Positions 13,915 through 26,529 are shown, counted from the first letter of the whole stretch. The stretch: DNA of 62,228 nucleotides, filler included, from Catajapyx aquilonaris (GCA_000934665.2; 3 parts of 3 records of this genome joined end to end with filler, not necessarily neighbours in it); one strand, 5' to 3'. Notes: generated from the sequence alone by a model not told the origin. A program made the numbers and translations.

Positions 13915-15990
13915 GATTCCAAATGTGCGCTTAGAATTGTGCTGTCGGGCACAGTTTTTAAGATATCTGGTATTCAAGTTTGGACTGGTTTACTAGGGGT
14001 CTTTTCGAATGAAGTGAGCTGAAATGTTTTTACATCATCTTGGATCTTGGTGAAAGTAATCACGGATGTACAGAGATATGCCATAGTGCTGCATATCAAG
14101 TTTCAGCCACATTGCGCAATACCATTGGGAGGGACAAAATCGAGAAACTTGGAAAATGACCGAAAACTAGGCCTTTTTTGGAGTATTTTTTTCGGTTAGT
14201 GGAATTGGTCAAAACCCAATGAACATTATCAAGAAAGAGAAATATCAGGAGAATGCGCCTGTGGAATAAGTTTTTCTCTAAAATGTAACTAAAATATATT
14301 TTTACATTTCATTTGGTCACTTGCTCAGACATATGCCCAAGAATTAGGACCCCGACAATTAGTGATGTATTTACGTTACATCAGTTGTATTAGGTGACAC
14401 TACAGTAGTTGTGACCGACACAAGGTTCAGTATGTTAAGTGTGAGGCCTGGGTCATGCATGGTTCTCCAGAAAATAATAGATATGGTTTGCAGATATACC
14501 ATTAATTTCGCTGTTCTACAAAAGACTTTTGTGTTCTTTCTGAAGATGTGAATAGTGAGTCCAATAGTACTTTCTGTGCTGATTCCATATCTGTACTTAG
14601 AATTGTGCTGTCAGGCACAGTTTTCGAGATACACTGCATTTACTAACAGATAGTAAAGTGAATGCAGTAAATGCAGTATGTCTCGAAAACTGTGCCTGAC
14701 GGCACAATTCTAAGTACAGATATGGAATCACCACAGAAAGTACTATAGGAGTCACTATTCACTTCAGAAAGAACACAAAAGTCTTTTGTAGAACAGTGAA
14801 ATTAATGGTATATCTGCAAAACATATCTACAGTAAAACTTCTACAAGTCGAATCTCCATGGGACCGGGAAAAAACTTCGAGTTATAGAAGATTTGAGTTG
14901 AGAAGTTTGGCTATTTTTAAACACAGACCTCTATAAGGAAGCCTACCTTTATATCCAGCGACGAAAGGCGTTCAAAACTTAAAAATAACTGTCACTATCA
15001 CACTTACAATGTTCCTGGTTGTTTTGTTGTAAAAAAAAAAACTTTGTTATGGACATTTGCCTACTCTTAGATTCAAGGATTCAATTGTCACAATCGAGTA
15101 AAACACTTCTTTCAGTACGTCTGGTAGATGGAGATCAGGAAATCGAGCCTTTCTGTACATGTGGCGTACTCTCCACCCTTTGGCTGCGAAATGAGAAAAT
15201 TTTCTGTACTCGCCAACATGAACTTCTACTTAAGGAGACTGAAAATGCATTGATATCCCATCGTAAGGCTGTGCCTGCACTTCGAGTTACAGAAATTTGA
15301 GTTAGGGAAGTTTATTTCCTATTATTTTACATTGTGACCAACCAAGCTCATAATTTTCTTCGACTTATAGAGAACTTCGACTTGGGGAAGTTTTAATTAT
15401 AGTTCAAAGTTTTACTGTATTATTTTCTGGAGAACCATGCATGACCCAGGCCTCACACTTAACATACTGAACCTTGTGTCGGTCACAACTAGTGTCACCA
15501 AATACAACTGATGTAACGCAAAGACATCACTAATTGTTGGGGTCCTAATTCTTGGGCATGTGTCTGAGCAAGTCACCAATGAAATGTAAAAATATATTTT
15601 AGTTACATTTTAGAGAGAAACTAATTCCATAGGCGCATTCTCCTGGTGTTTCTCTTTCTTTTGATATATATTTTCATTGGGTTTTGACCAATTCCACTAA
15701 CCGAAGAAAAAAGAATCTCCAAAAAAGGCCTCATTTTCGGCCATTTTCCAAGTTTCTCGAATTTTCCCCTCCCAATGGTATTGCACAATGTGGCTGAAAC
15801 TTGATATGCAGCATTATGGAATATGTCTGTACATCTGTGATTATTTTTACCAAGATCCGAGATGATGTAAAAACATTTTGGCTCACTTGATTCAGAAAGA
15901 CCCCTAGTAAACTGGTCCAAACTTGAAAACGAGATATCTCAAAAACTGTGCCTGACAGAAACCTTCTGAGCAGTGATTCGGATTCAGCGA
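13915..15990. repeat. Large foldback inverted repeat, about 0.7 kb arms, centre near 14655; right arm interrupted by a MITE
   Basis: About 13915-14645 is the reverse complement of 14666-14829 plus 15418-15990. Example: GTGAGGCCTGGGTCATGCATGGTTCTCCAGAAAATAA pairs with TTATTTTCTGGAGAACCATGCATGACCCAGGCCTCAC. Confidence 0.9.
14830..15417. mobile_element. Tc1/mariner-superfamily (pogo-like) non-autonomous element with TA duplication
   Basis: Ends are CAGTAAAACTT...AAGTTTTACTG, with TA at 14828-14829 and 15418-15419. The uninterrupted left arm of the foldback shows the empty site with a single TA. Confidence 0.88.
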
Positions 15991-16632
15991 CAAAATTACA
16001 ATAAGATTCACTATTTGCATCTGCAGAAAAAAGAAAAAAAGTATTTTTTTTGTAGAACAGTGTTATCCGTGTTTCGGATTATCAGTGCATGGCTAAAACA
16101 AATAAATGTAACAGACTTTTTCCATAATACAAACTAAAAATCCATGAAAATTTTTCTAATTTCGATTAAATCTCATTTAAAGCAGAATACAGTATGTACA
16201 GTCGTTCATTTAAAACACTTTTTTACTGTATGTTCTTGAAGTGTTAGGTTTGGTTTCAATTCTAGTTTGTAATTACACAGGCTTTTTTTGATTAGAAGTT
16301 TTGATTACAATTTTACATTTGGAACAGAAGTTGATCGATTGGCTGTCAAGTAAGAGAGAGGTTTGGAAGGTTAAGGAATGTCTAGGATACCTAGGATATT
16401 TTCATGAATAGCTCGAGGCAAGAAAAGCCATGCTTTATGCTTCATTCTGCGTAATGATTTTTGGAACAAAGAGGTACCCTGTACTGGGATATAATGAAGA
16501 TTACCTGTGTCATAATTCATACTTGTTTATAGGGGCTTTTTAAGAAAAGTCATTAGTTCCGAGATTTACAAATAATGGACGTGGGGTTATTTTCTTTATC
16601 TCGCAGGGTGAAGAAAAGATTTTTGTGCCAAC

Positions 16633-16958
16633 ATGTCAAAGCTTTGCAACAAGGAGAAGGAGAAGCCCTTTCATGAAAGATTAAAGCAGTTTTTTAGGAT
16701 AAGTAAGAGTGGTCCTGGTGCATCAGCTGGTAAGTATGCATTCAAAAATACCTTTATTTGACAAGTGTATTTTCTGAGACATGATTACGATGGGTCCCAT
16801 CCACTTTGCAAATTTTCTTTTCAGGTGCAAAGAAAATTGAAGAATTTACCCTCACGCCTGAACTTGAAAGAGACATTAGCCCAAATAGTCAAATTAATCA
16901 CCGTGCCAAGATTATCAGAGAACTCTGTGATATAGTAATAGTGAAAAGACTGGAAGAT
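16633..16958 (+). CDS. TSC2: Tuberin (TSC2/gigas), first two coding exons (16633-16729, 16825-16958); later exons are not seen before the contig join
   Basis: Spliced translation MSKLCNKEKEKPFHERLKQFFRISKSG...KIEEFTLTPELERDISPNSQINHRAKIIRELCDIVIVKRLED resembles the tuberin N-terminus. Both donors are GTAAGT and the phases agree. Confidence 0.85.
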
Positions 16959-17069
16959 GTAAGTGGATGGCATGCATATCTCATATTCAATTATGACAGA
17001 GATTCATGGCATGTGGCTTGAATGTTATGCTAAACAGCAGGAAAAAAATGGTTGTGTCAATTGTTTATA

Positions 17070-18016
17070 CAGTGTAACCTCGTACTTCGAACGCCCCTAA
17101 CTTCGAACATTCCAGAGTTCAAACGTTTAATTCACGAGAAATTTGATCAGGAGTTCGAACGATGCTTCTAAGTTCGAACTACTCGTACGATGAAAAAATG
17201 CTCTTGCTGCGTAAACACTATATGATTGTGCCTAGTCGTCTCTTGCTCTTGCTGTGAATGCATATCTTGCATTATTACTCTCGTGTGTGTTTAGTGCATT
17301 TATCACTTTATTTTGATTGATGAGATTGATTATGTACTGTACAATGGATGCTTTCTCTTATTCTTGATCTTCCCCTCCTCCAGCCACACCACTACTCCTC
17401 ACTGGTAGAGAAAATGTAATTTTAAATGTATTATACAGTATTCACGTATTTTATTTATTGTTTTATTTTGAATTCATTATTTAGGGGTGGTGTGGTGCCC
17501 GAGATGGTAACATCTCGGCTTGCTGAGTGAAAGGTCCCAGGTTCGATCCCCGCCTGGGAGTTCCCTTTCACCTGCGTCAGGAGGGTCTCTGACGTGCACC
17601 TTGGAGGTGTCTGGCAACCTAACCTCCTGGGGGACTGCACATGACCCCATGTTCCCTCCCCAAAAAATCCCCATCCTTACCCCATGTCCTTTCATCCTTG
17701 CACTGGAGTTAGAAGAAAAATCAGAAAATTGAAGGAAAAATTGTGGTATTACACCCCCCTATAAGGGCCTGTGGCCCTATCACGGGGTAACATTTAAAAA
17801 AATAAATCATTATTTAGGGCATTAATAGGCTTATTTTTTACCTTAAATTATGTGATTACTGTTTAAGTTTATTGAAATAGGTGTTGTTTAGGGCCTGGGA
17901 ACTGATAAATTCACTTTCCATTGTATCTTATGGGGAAAATCTATTCGAGCTTCGAACAATTCAGGCTTCGAACGACCACCTGGAATGAATTAAGTTCGAA
18001 ATACGAGGCACCACTG
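17070..18016. mobile_element. Tigger/pogo-like non-autonomous DNA transposon in a TSC2 intron
   Basis: TA|CAGTGTAACCTCGTACTTCGAAC ... GTTCGAAATACGAGGCACCACTG|TA, with repeated TTCGAAC subterminal motifs. Confidence 0.85.
17484..17806 (+). mobile_element. tRNA-derived SINE nested in the Tigger-like element
   Basis: tRNA-like head with an A-box-like TGGTGCCCGAGATGG and a B-box GGTTCGATCCC (17540-17550), an A-rich tail, and a flanking direct repeat TCATTATTTAGGG (17474-17486 and 17807-17819). Confidence 0.82.
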
Positions 18017-18925
18017 TATAAATCACCCAAATTCGATTCCCCTGGTGGTAATTTAATAATAATATGTCACAAATTTTTAGCTGGGAGATTGTGGAAGTAC
18101 TTCACAAGTCTTCCTTTTCATCTTATTGAAGTAAAACATGTAAGGCATGTACAAGTGAATTTCATTTCAATGCAGTATTGTCTCCATCTTTTTGAGCAAG
18201 TAGTCCTGTTGCAAGTATAATGGCGGAGGTGGGGTTGAGCAGAAGCTCAACCAAATTCAACGTAAAACTAGTGACGTTTCTGCCTCAACACAAAAAATAT
18301 GCCATTGTACAGTAGAGTAATTGAAGATTATGGTATTTGATACTATACAGGGTGTTTCATACTAGTACCGTATGGCCAATGGCCGTCAGTGTGACAATAA
18401 TGGAAGGTCCTATGACCCTGAACTCTCGAGAAAACAGGTAACGAAAACAGGAAGGAAGATTAAGGCATACTTTGGCCCACAACCAAAAACATGCCAGAAA
18501 AACAAGATAAACCATGTGGCAGACTGCATAAAAGGGAACCTGGGGTTCAATCAGAAGGAGGCCAGAAGGCAGGCAGTCAGTCCAGAGCAGAGCAGAGCAG
18601 ACAGGCGGCAGGAAGCCAGAATGGGCCAGAGCCTGCACAGACGATGCAGAAGCGAAGGACCTGAAAATGCAGAGGGAGCCAGAAGAGCAGTCATTCATCC
18701 GGAACGGTCCAGAGACCAGAGGAGAAGAATAGAAGAGTCCCGAGCTACACCCGGACCCCATCAGGACGCCAAAAGCCAGAGTATAGTGAGTATGGAGGGT
18801 ATATATTTGTTGAATGTGCTGTCAGTTGAAGTCCTGGCCATGTCCGGCCATATAAACCCATATAAAGTCACTTGTAACCAAATATGTCTTATGTAACTTG
18901 TAGTGCCATATCTATTTAATAAATA

Positions 18926-19343
18926 CTAGGAAAACCCTCTCTCCGCTCGCATTTTCCTAGGGCGCAGGCCTAGAAAACCACTCGCTACGCTTGCTCTTTT
19001 CTAGGCCTGCGGCCTGGGGTACCTATTCGGTGCACCATATCGCCAGGGGAGGGTGTAACGTTAACGTTCCAGCAGTCTTCGAATGTCCCAATTAGTGAGA
19101 ACATGTCATTCGTGTGTCTGTCGTTCCATTACTGACTCTGTGAACAACTTCACAGTAGTGCCAACTGGGCAACAATACAGAGAAGGAATGGACAGTTTCC
19201 CCGGCAACTCACCAGAGGTGTTGTTTACACCCCATGGCGCATGTGTTGAAAGAGGGCCAATCGGAACGTAGCAGTAACGACAATATGGGGGTGCACCAAT
19301 CAGACTACTTATACAAACACCGCAAGGATTTTAATATTATAGA
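18926..19343 (-). mobile_element. Non-autonomous mini-Helitron
   Basis: The minus strand reads A|TCTATAATATT...GGTTTTCCTAG|T, giving 5'-TC and 3'-CTAG ends in an A^T target with no TSD. A subterminal hairpin GCAGGCCTAGAAAA...TTTTCTAGGCCTGC lies at about 18964-19010. Confidence 0.75.
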
Positions 19344-19967
19344 TTGTGCCTGTTGATAAATGTTGTTTTGGATCAAATTATCTTGATTTAGAGTGCCCCA
19401 ACCCACTCTCACTGGAGAACCTAGTGGGCATCTGACCCTAATCTTACTCCCAAGTCTCCGATCCTCATCCCAATTTATCCTTAATCTCCTAACTCAGCAC
19501 AATGGCGCAGCCTTTAGGATTAATAATCAAGGTGATTTGATCCATAGCACAATATTTATTAACAGGCCACAATAGTTAAACTACAATTTACATTACATAA
19601 GACACTGAATACAATATGTGAATAATTGTGTAGGTTGGCCACCTATGCTATGGCCGGACTACATGGTCAGGACTTCAACTTCCAGTGCGTACAATCAGGT
19701 GACACCCTCCATACTCACTCAACCGGTGCTTCTTCTCTGGTCTCCTCTTCGGTTCCGACTGTCCTGATTCTGACTCGCCTCTGCTCTCCAACTCCTTCTG
19801 ATCTTACTCGCCTCGCTTTTATACCACAGACACATGGCTTTCTTGTTTTTCTGTCTTATTTTCAGTTTGGGGACCAAAACATGCTTTAATCTTCTTTCCT
19901 GCTTTCCACATTCTTTCTAGGGAGTTCAGGGTCATAGGGCCTCCCATTATCATTACATAAGTGTATT

Positions 19968-20258
19968 CCTTGGGCCAAAACAAATAGAAAGTGTAGGGCA
20001 GAGAAATGTCGAGGGACCAACCGTTAACTTGGTAAACAACCAGAAACATTAGCCAGTGGTTGCCCATGGAGCAGATATGAGTGGTGATAATCACTTTCTT
20101 GAAAGAGCTGATCTCACAAATCCCAACTGTCATGATGATCACGCTCATATCTTGCTCCCTTCGTAATCACTGGCCAATGTTTCTGGTCATCTACCTTGTT
20201 AAAGGTTCGTCCCTTGACATTTCTCCCCCCGACATTTTCTACTTGTTTTGGCCCAAGG
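19968..20258. repeat. Imperfect hairpin of about 290 bp (nested MITE or internal inverted duplication)
   Basis: CCTTGGGCCAAAACAAATAGAAA...AACCAGAAACATTAGCCAGTG pairs with CACTGGCCAATGTTTCTGGT...TTTCTACTTGTTTTGGCCCAAGG. Confidence 0.75.
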
Positions 20259-20510
20259 TATACGCTGACTTCGGGTGGACCTACTAGTAAGAAACATCCT
20301 GTAGTCCTGTAGCATACTTAACAGGTTTTTCACTGAACGCTTTTGAGCTCCTGCCCAAGTCCATCTCCATCATTATGTTTGAAACTGTGCCATATCACTC
20401 AAAAAGATGTGTTTTTTTTACACTGAAACCAAATGCAATCCATCTTTTAGATTGATGTAGTACATGCAACCATATAACTTTCTGTTCTCAATGGTTGCAT
20501 GTAATACCAG

Positions 20511-20564
<54 letters not shown>

Positions 20565-20610
20565 GTTATTATTATTATTATTATTGTTATTATTATTATT
20601 ATTATTATTA
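20511..20610. repeat. (ATT)n microsatellite
   Basis: About 33 ATT units with two GTT interruptions. Confidence 0.97.
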
Positions 20611-20686
20611 TCTACAGGGTGTTTCAGAGTCATGGGTCAAGCGCGCACGAGGGGGTGGGGAAATATCGTAGGTGGCGACAACCCCG

Positions 20687-20786
20687 NNNNNNNNNNNNNN
20701 NNNNNNNNNNNNNNNNNNNNNNNNNNNNNNTTAATTAATTAANNNNNNNNNNNNNNNNNNNNNNNNNNNNNNNNNNNNNNNNNNNN
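20687..20786. other. Artificial contig-join spacer
   Basis: 44 N + TTAATTAATTAA (stop codons in all six frames) + 44 N; identical to 41457-41556. Confidence 0.95.
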
Positions 20787-21280
20787 GGCGCTTTGATCAT
20801 CACCATACTACAAACCTAATTATTGTGTAAAATGCGAAAGTAAGATCTCTGGGTTACATTTATCCATAAGGTTGAAGATCTTATACGCAGCCCAGTCTTG
20901 TTTCAGTCATTTCTATCCGTTACTTGGATCTTACTTTCCTTTTTTTTTGCAATTCCGTAGGGAATTAGTTTTTGTGACAATGAAAATGGAAACCATTTTG
21001 ATTACAGCTTGTTACACGGACTAATGGAGAAACTCGATGGAACTGGTCGCGTAAAAAAAGAACTATATAAGAGAAGAAATTGGTTTGAATTGATGTGAAC
21101 ACACGGTTTCTAGCTATTGAGGTCCTAAGTATGATTTGTTACATTTCAACTTACAACTTTTTAACATACCGGGGCAGAATTGCACTCCCTACTCTGCCCG
21201 GGGCCAGGAGGAAAGGCATGGTGTTTAAAGAATGTCAGAAATCACTACCGCCGGCACAGCGCCCTCCCTTTGGAACCTCC

Positions 21281-21328
21281 CCTTCTCCCCTAATAGGGCC
21301 TCGTCCCGTATCACGGGGTATTTAAAAA
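21281..21328 (+). mobile_element. Retroposon 3' tail related to the SINE at 17484
   Basis: CCCCTAATAGGGCCTCGTCCCGTATCACGGGGTATTTAAAAA resembles the SINE tail CCCCTATAAGGGCCTGTGGCCCTATCACGGGGTAACATTTAAAAA. Confidence 0.6.
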
Positions 21329-24300
21329 GACCACTAGCCATATTACCTAGGCATAGTGAATAATAAATTCAAAAATTCAATTCTACGCAATTTTGAGGAT
21401 AAATGCCGGCAAGGTTGTATGTATAAAATGTAATGAACATAATTATGATTTTATATCCAGACTGCTCCATTGGTATTCATTATTCTGTAAATTGACCCCC
21501 AGGCTGGGATTACAGTTACAGCTCTTGTTGGCGAAACCCAGACGGGAAATACAGATTCTTCTTGGCAGACGGTGAGCGACAGATAGACAGTTTTCATAAA
21601 GTCGACGGTAAATCCCGAGGCTAGGAAAAGGGATCCAGGAAGCCCGAATTTATTTAGGCGAGTGTTCAATCCCCAAGACGAGGCCACGGTTCTTCAGGAC
21701 TTCCTTCTTTTTCCCAGACAAGACTTTCTGTCCCACGAGATCCTAAGGACTAACCTAATTCTCCAAGCTTCCATGTCTCCAAACTGCACTCTTTGAGGCA
21801 GACTTCGAGTTGGAGTCCCCCTAACTTTTTTTTTTTACTGAACCACCAAAATAATTGCATTCACAAATGCGATATTTTGACAAATTGCGGACCAAAATAG
21901 GGTTGACAGCAATAATGCAATAAGCGCCTTTTGCCCCATATTGTACACGCATTATGGGTGGCATGCCCATATAAAAATGGAACTGTAAAGGTAACACGCA
22001 ACCGGTCGTGCCGTGCAAAATACCGCTCCTAAGAAGACGCTAATACCGTAATTTACTGCTGGGGACATAAAATAAAAGGCATGGGCCAGCTGTCAAATGT
22101 AGGAGTGCTGGATGGCACATACAAAAGACACGCGTGTTGCCTCCCATATGTATTTCTTCTCACAAAAGGGTTTTTTCTTCCTGGGGCTCCGAAGATAATC
22201 GTAATTTACGGTCCTATGGGGAAATGCTCAATATATCAACCAGCTTCGGGAGGGCAATAACACGGAAAGACATTGACCACTCGCTGTAACTATTGAGCTT
22301 GCCTTCAAATGCCCCGAAGTCTTTTAGTTAGAAAGGAAGAGGATTTATGTTATCTGTCCAGACCAAACGTCCTGAATGTCCGCTTCAACACACTTTTGTT
22401 TCCACCATTTTCTGTCAATAAAAAAAGAGGACATCCTGACAGGGTTTTACCGTACTGTAAAAGTTCGAATATAAGCTCATGGTTGACTTAGAAATCTGGG
22501 AGAGAAAAACATCTTTTATTGCGGTATACTTGGCGCTACTATTAGGGAAGAGTAATGAAAATGGGACAGATGACTGGTGGAAATCCGGTCTTTCATGTCG
22601 CAAACCCCGGACAACAGCATTAAGCTGGAAGGAGTCTCTCGCAGGGGGAGATCAGATTTTATGACAAGAAGGATCGTAAGAAGCTGTGATTATAGCCAAA
22701 GTGGCTAATGATATCTCCCCCAAAAATGCTATATGGCCATTATCAACAATGTATATAATGATGTTAATTTTTAAGCTGACTTAAAATTATTATAAAATTA
22801 GGTGACAAAAATCACATTGCTTTTATAGACGACATAAAAATTAGGAGCCTTTTAGAGCCAAATGAAAATGGCCATTAACGCTTTAGAGTGGTGTAAAAAA
22901 AACGCTGGCTTCTATTTTCACCCACGATATAATTCTTGGTACTGTATAAAAATACACATTTCTTTTCCCAGTTTAATCTCCAAGCTTTAGACTATTGTTG
23001 GACCAACGTATGCATTTTCCATAAGATGGCGTCTTCAGCGAATCCAACCGTTAAGACTGATCCATCCATTTCACGCCTAACGTTCCATTGTGAATTCTTC
23101 CTTTTTCCACCATTTTTCTTTTCCTTACTTGACATAGCTAGGGAGTTGAGGGGGGGGATACAAAGTGCATGGTCGGATCCATCGGCTGCAGGACGCATCC
23201 GTCCGAAAAGACAAGTCCCTCGTCTATAGGTATGGTCTGGCGATGATGAAAGCCGCTGGAGAGATTATTCCCCTAGCCCAGCAGTTTGAGAACTCGATCC
23301 TAGAGGACGCCTTTTTTTCTCCCCCAATGCCTTTTAGCACGCTGAGGTTGCTTAGCTGAAAAGGACGGAAGTGGAATCTAAGGGAGCTTCTGGATCAACC
23401 TTGGTCCCCCCTATTATTTTCTCCCCTTTTTTGGCATCAGCCAAATACACACCATTCCAAAGATTTGTCTCAGAAAAAGTGGAGGAATTTCCGGTGTTGA
23501 CTTTTGTTCATTTGATTCTCCCCTTGCCCCCCCTGATTCATTTTCTGTTTGAATCACTCCCTATCCAGCTGTTGGAAGAAAATTCGTGGGAATTTCAAGT
23601 TCGTCACGCTTTGTTTTGCAAGTTAATTAAAACGGTGCTTTGTATTCCTTTCTAGATCCAAGTTCTGAAAGGGGAATATTTAATTTTTTTAAAAAAAAGT
23701 TAGTTATGAAAAGATGATGGCTGACGAGATCATTATTGCTTGGAGAGAGATTAATTGCTTAATGAACATGGCTGTCTCAAATGTTGATTAATCATGTTCC
23801 AAATTCCAGATAATATTTCAGGCTTAAAAATGCAACAAACGTCCCCCCACCATATTCTTTTGTATTCAAACAATTCGTTCAACAATATTACCCATAGTTG
23901 CACAAAGGAATAATTTCTTTCTTGTTGGTCTGCAATTCATCACTTTATTTTTCTTCTCCACCTTTAGGGAAGCAGCTTTTTTTTTCTCTCTAGAGTAAAA
24001 TTGGGTGCTCCTCTCCCACGTCATCATTACGTCTTCTTTATGGAACCCTGTCAACAAGGGGCCGTGGAAAATATCTCGTCTTGCCAACGGGGTATCTCGA
24101 GGAAAAGGTATTTGTAATTCGCCACGAGCATTCTGAGCCATCAATCACATTTTTTTTTCTTTTTCTCATTTTTTTCTCTTAGACTATGATGCACGTCTAT
24201 TCTTCCTCTCCTTCTTCGATTCTTCTCCACAAGTTTTCCCACACGACGACCTGGCTCCCAGAATATAACGAGCATGATATTTCACTGTCTAGTCTAGAGA

Positions 24301-24811
24301 GGGGAGAAGTTACGTTCGATGTGTCGTTGTTGTCATTTTTTTTTTTAAATTCATACTCATATGTAGAATAATTGGCATAATTCATGATAGTATTCTAATT
24401 GTTGTCGTACTCATTGTATTTTTATCACTGTTCTGACTGGTGATTGGCCACAACGTCACGCAACTTCTTACCTCAGCTTAATCTTTTCCTTTAGTAAATG
24501 ACTTTGCCTTCTCGAACTATCCCACTTTCTTTCAAGTGAAAAAACAAGGGTGATAAATTGGGGGTGTAGTAATGGGCTTTCTTTTGTTAACAAGTGGAGT
24601 TAGATGAATGTACCTTGTGACATGTGTTATACATATGCTGTCGCCTAGACGGCGGAAGAGATACTTAAGCGCCTGATTTAGACTTCTGAGCAATTTATAC
24701 CGAAGCAGCTGAAATAGCCTGGGTGTTGAGACTTTTACCTTATTTATTAGCTTTAACTCTCATATTTTATATGATTTATATAGATATGAGCTAATTTTAG
24801 ATTTTAAACTA

Positions 24812-24996
24812 CACTCTTAACCATTTACCTTCTCTAGAGAGGGTAAGAAAGTGGCCATTTTTTACCTTACATTGTAGGGTAAATATTCTTGGGTAAATTG
24901 ATTCTAAGGTAAATTTTGCATGTATTACCTTAGAAAATAGAGGGTAAAAAGGGCCTCTTTTTTACCCTCTCTAGAGAAGGTAAATGGTTAAGAGTG
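24812..24996. mobile_element. MITE with CACT termini and TA flanks (possibly CMC/EnSpm-like)
   Basis: A perfect 35-bp TIR, CACTCTTAACCATTTACCTTCTCTAGAGAGGGTAA, is inverted at the right end. TA lies on both sides and there are internal TTACC/GGTAA repeats. Confidence 0.82.
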
Positions 24997-26529
24997 TAGC
25001 TTCAAGCTGAAATCAAAATTCAAAATTTTCGCCTACTAATCATATATGACCATTAGAACCATAAGGTCTCTCAAATTTTTAATTCTTGGCATCAGACCTA
25101 TCCTTTAGGTGCCAGATAAAGAAGTCTCTCAGGTCTCTTTATTGCTATCATTCTGCCTGCCAATGCAATTCTCGACCCTCACTTTTTTTTATCCTCCATT
25201 TTGGGGAGGGGTTTTTTTTATGTGCTGGCAAGCCTCGAACCCAGCCATTATCGAGAGATGGCGATGATTGAGCCGTGTAGGGAAAGAGTGATGGAGGTGG
25301 AAGTGGGATAATTCTTCCTTGAAGGAGGTCACTTTGCTGGCTTGAGTGGAAATTCCTGCTGGCTTCCAAATTCAGGATCGATGGATCACAATAGGACCAG
25401 AAAGTGCTACTAAAAATTTAGCAGACCCACCCACAAATATTTGGGACTCTTCTTCGTAAAAAATTGTTTTTCCTCTCAGTTTCTCTGCAGAGAAAGGGAC
25501 TTCACCTCTGACCAACCCTCATCAATTGAGCCTGGAAGCGTCCCGGAACTGGCTATTCCCATTGGCTATTCCTGTCTGGAAATGACAGGAAAAGAAACTT
25601 TTTCTGGGATCATTCCCAAACAAGACTGGTCCACTCAGCATTAGGAAAACGCTGCTGGTACCCCTACCACATCATTATTTCAAGAGGCCATCACAACAGG
25701 TGACCGGTACTCACACGGATTCTCTACCCGATTACACGTGTGCACTTCTTCCAATCTAATCCAACACCAAGCTCCCCCCCCCCCCNGGTGAATAAAATAC
25801 TGGCCACTTGCATGATGGCATGCTTCATGCAAGGGAATTTTTTGGGGACCCTAACCTTATAAATCAAGAAGTGAGTAACAAAAATTTCTGTCTTTTTTGG
25901 TGTGACCTCCTGCTACTGACTATAAATCTAACGGAAGAACAACCCGTTCGTATTTATTTCCGATTTTTTTTTTTCTGTCAGTTTTGGATAAGCGCGTCGC
26001 ATGTTTATTAATCCGACTTATGTGGGCCAAATGCCCTTAAGCACGCACCTTAGCACCTTTTCCTTGCTAGGGCCAATGTGCTTCCAAATTCTTCGTGGGG
26101 GGGGGGTCTCATCTATCAACTAGTTTTTTTTTATTAGGTGGTTTTAGTTTTAGTCCCTAAGCATCATTCAAACAGAGCCATTGTGCTTGGCTAGTCCATA
26201 ATTAGGATAATTAAAAGGCAGCGGATGTACAATTTGCCAGCTGAGACTTACAACGGGCGTTTTTTTTTCAGGACATTTTTAACATGTTGAGGGTGTGTCC
26301 AGCCACACCTACTAGTGCTCGTCGGCTCCTTTGACGTATGATAAATGAGACGTGTGGTAAATCACTGCGTCTGAAGGGGTAATGTATTAATGCTTGTACC
26401 AGTAAAGGCATACCTTACAGTAAATGGTAAAAATGGATGTAATTTAAGACGACAATAACCACGCAAAATTTTCATTTTCATCTACTTTACGATTATTCTT
26501 CAAATCGTGTTGTACTATTTTGCATATAG

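Larger units (their letters stand above)
18348..20301. mobile_element. Mariner-like non-autonomous element with long internal inverted arms and nested insertions
   Basis: TA|CAGGGTGTTTCATACTAGTA ... TACTAGTAAGAAACATCCTG|TA. About 18398-18520 is inverted at about 19830-19950, and about 18787-18853 is inverted at about 19648-19718. Confidence 0.75.

Noticed and set aside
17484..17560. Functional tRNA gene
   Set aside because: No convincing acceptor stem, and it continues into a body, A-rich tail and TSD, so it is better explained as a SINE head.
18372..18896. 174-aa ORF as a transposase or host gene
   Set aside because: Low complexity, no DDE or HTH motifs, and it lies in an inverted-repeat arm of a non-autonomous element.
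16633..20686. TSC2 as a truncated pseudogene
   Set aside because: Both exons are intact with good splice sites; the missing part is explained by the contig ending at an artificial spacer.
20418..20742. Poly-Asn and poly-Leu ORFs
   Set aside because: Translations of the (ATT)n microsatellite, one running into the N spacer.
20731..20742. TTAATTAATTAA as a biological site (for example a piggyBac TTAA target)
   Set aside because: Centred in exactly 44 N on each side and repeated identically at 41501-41512, so it is a synthetic linker.
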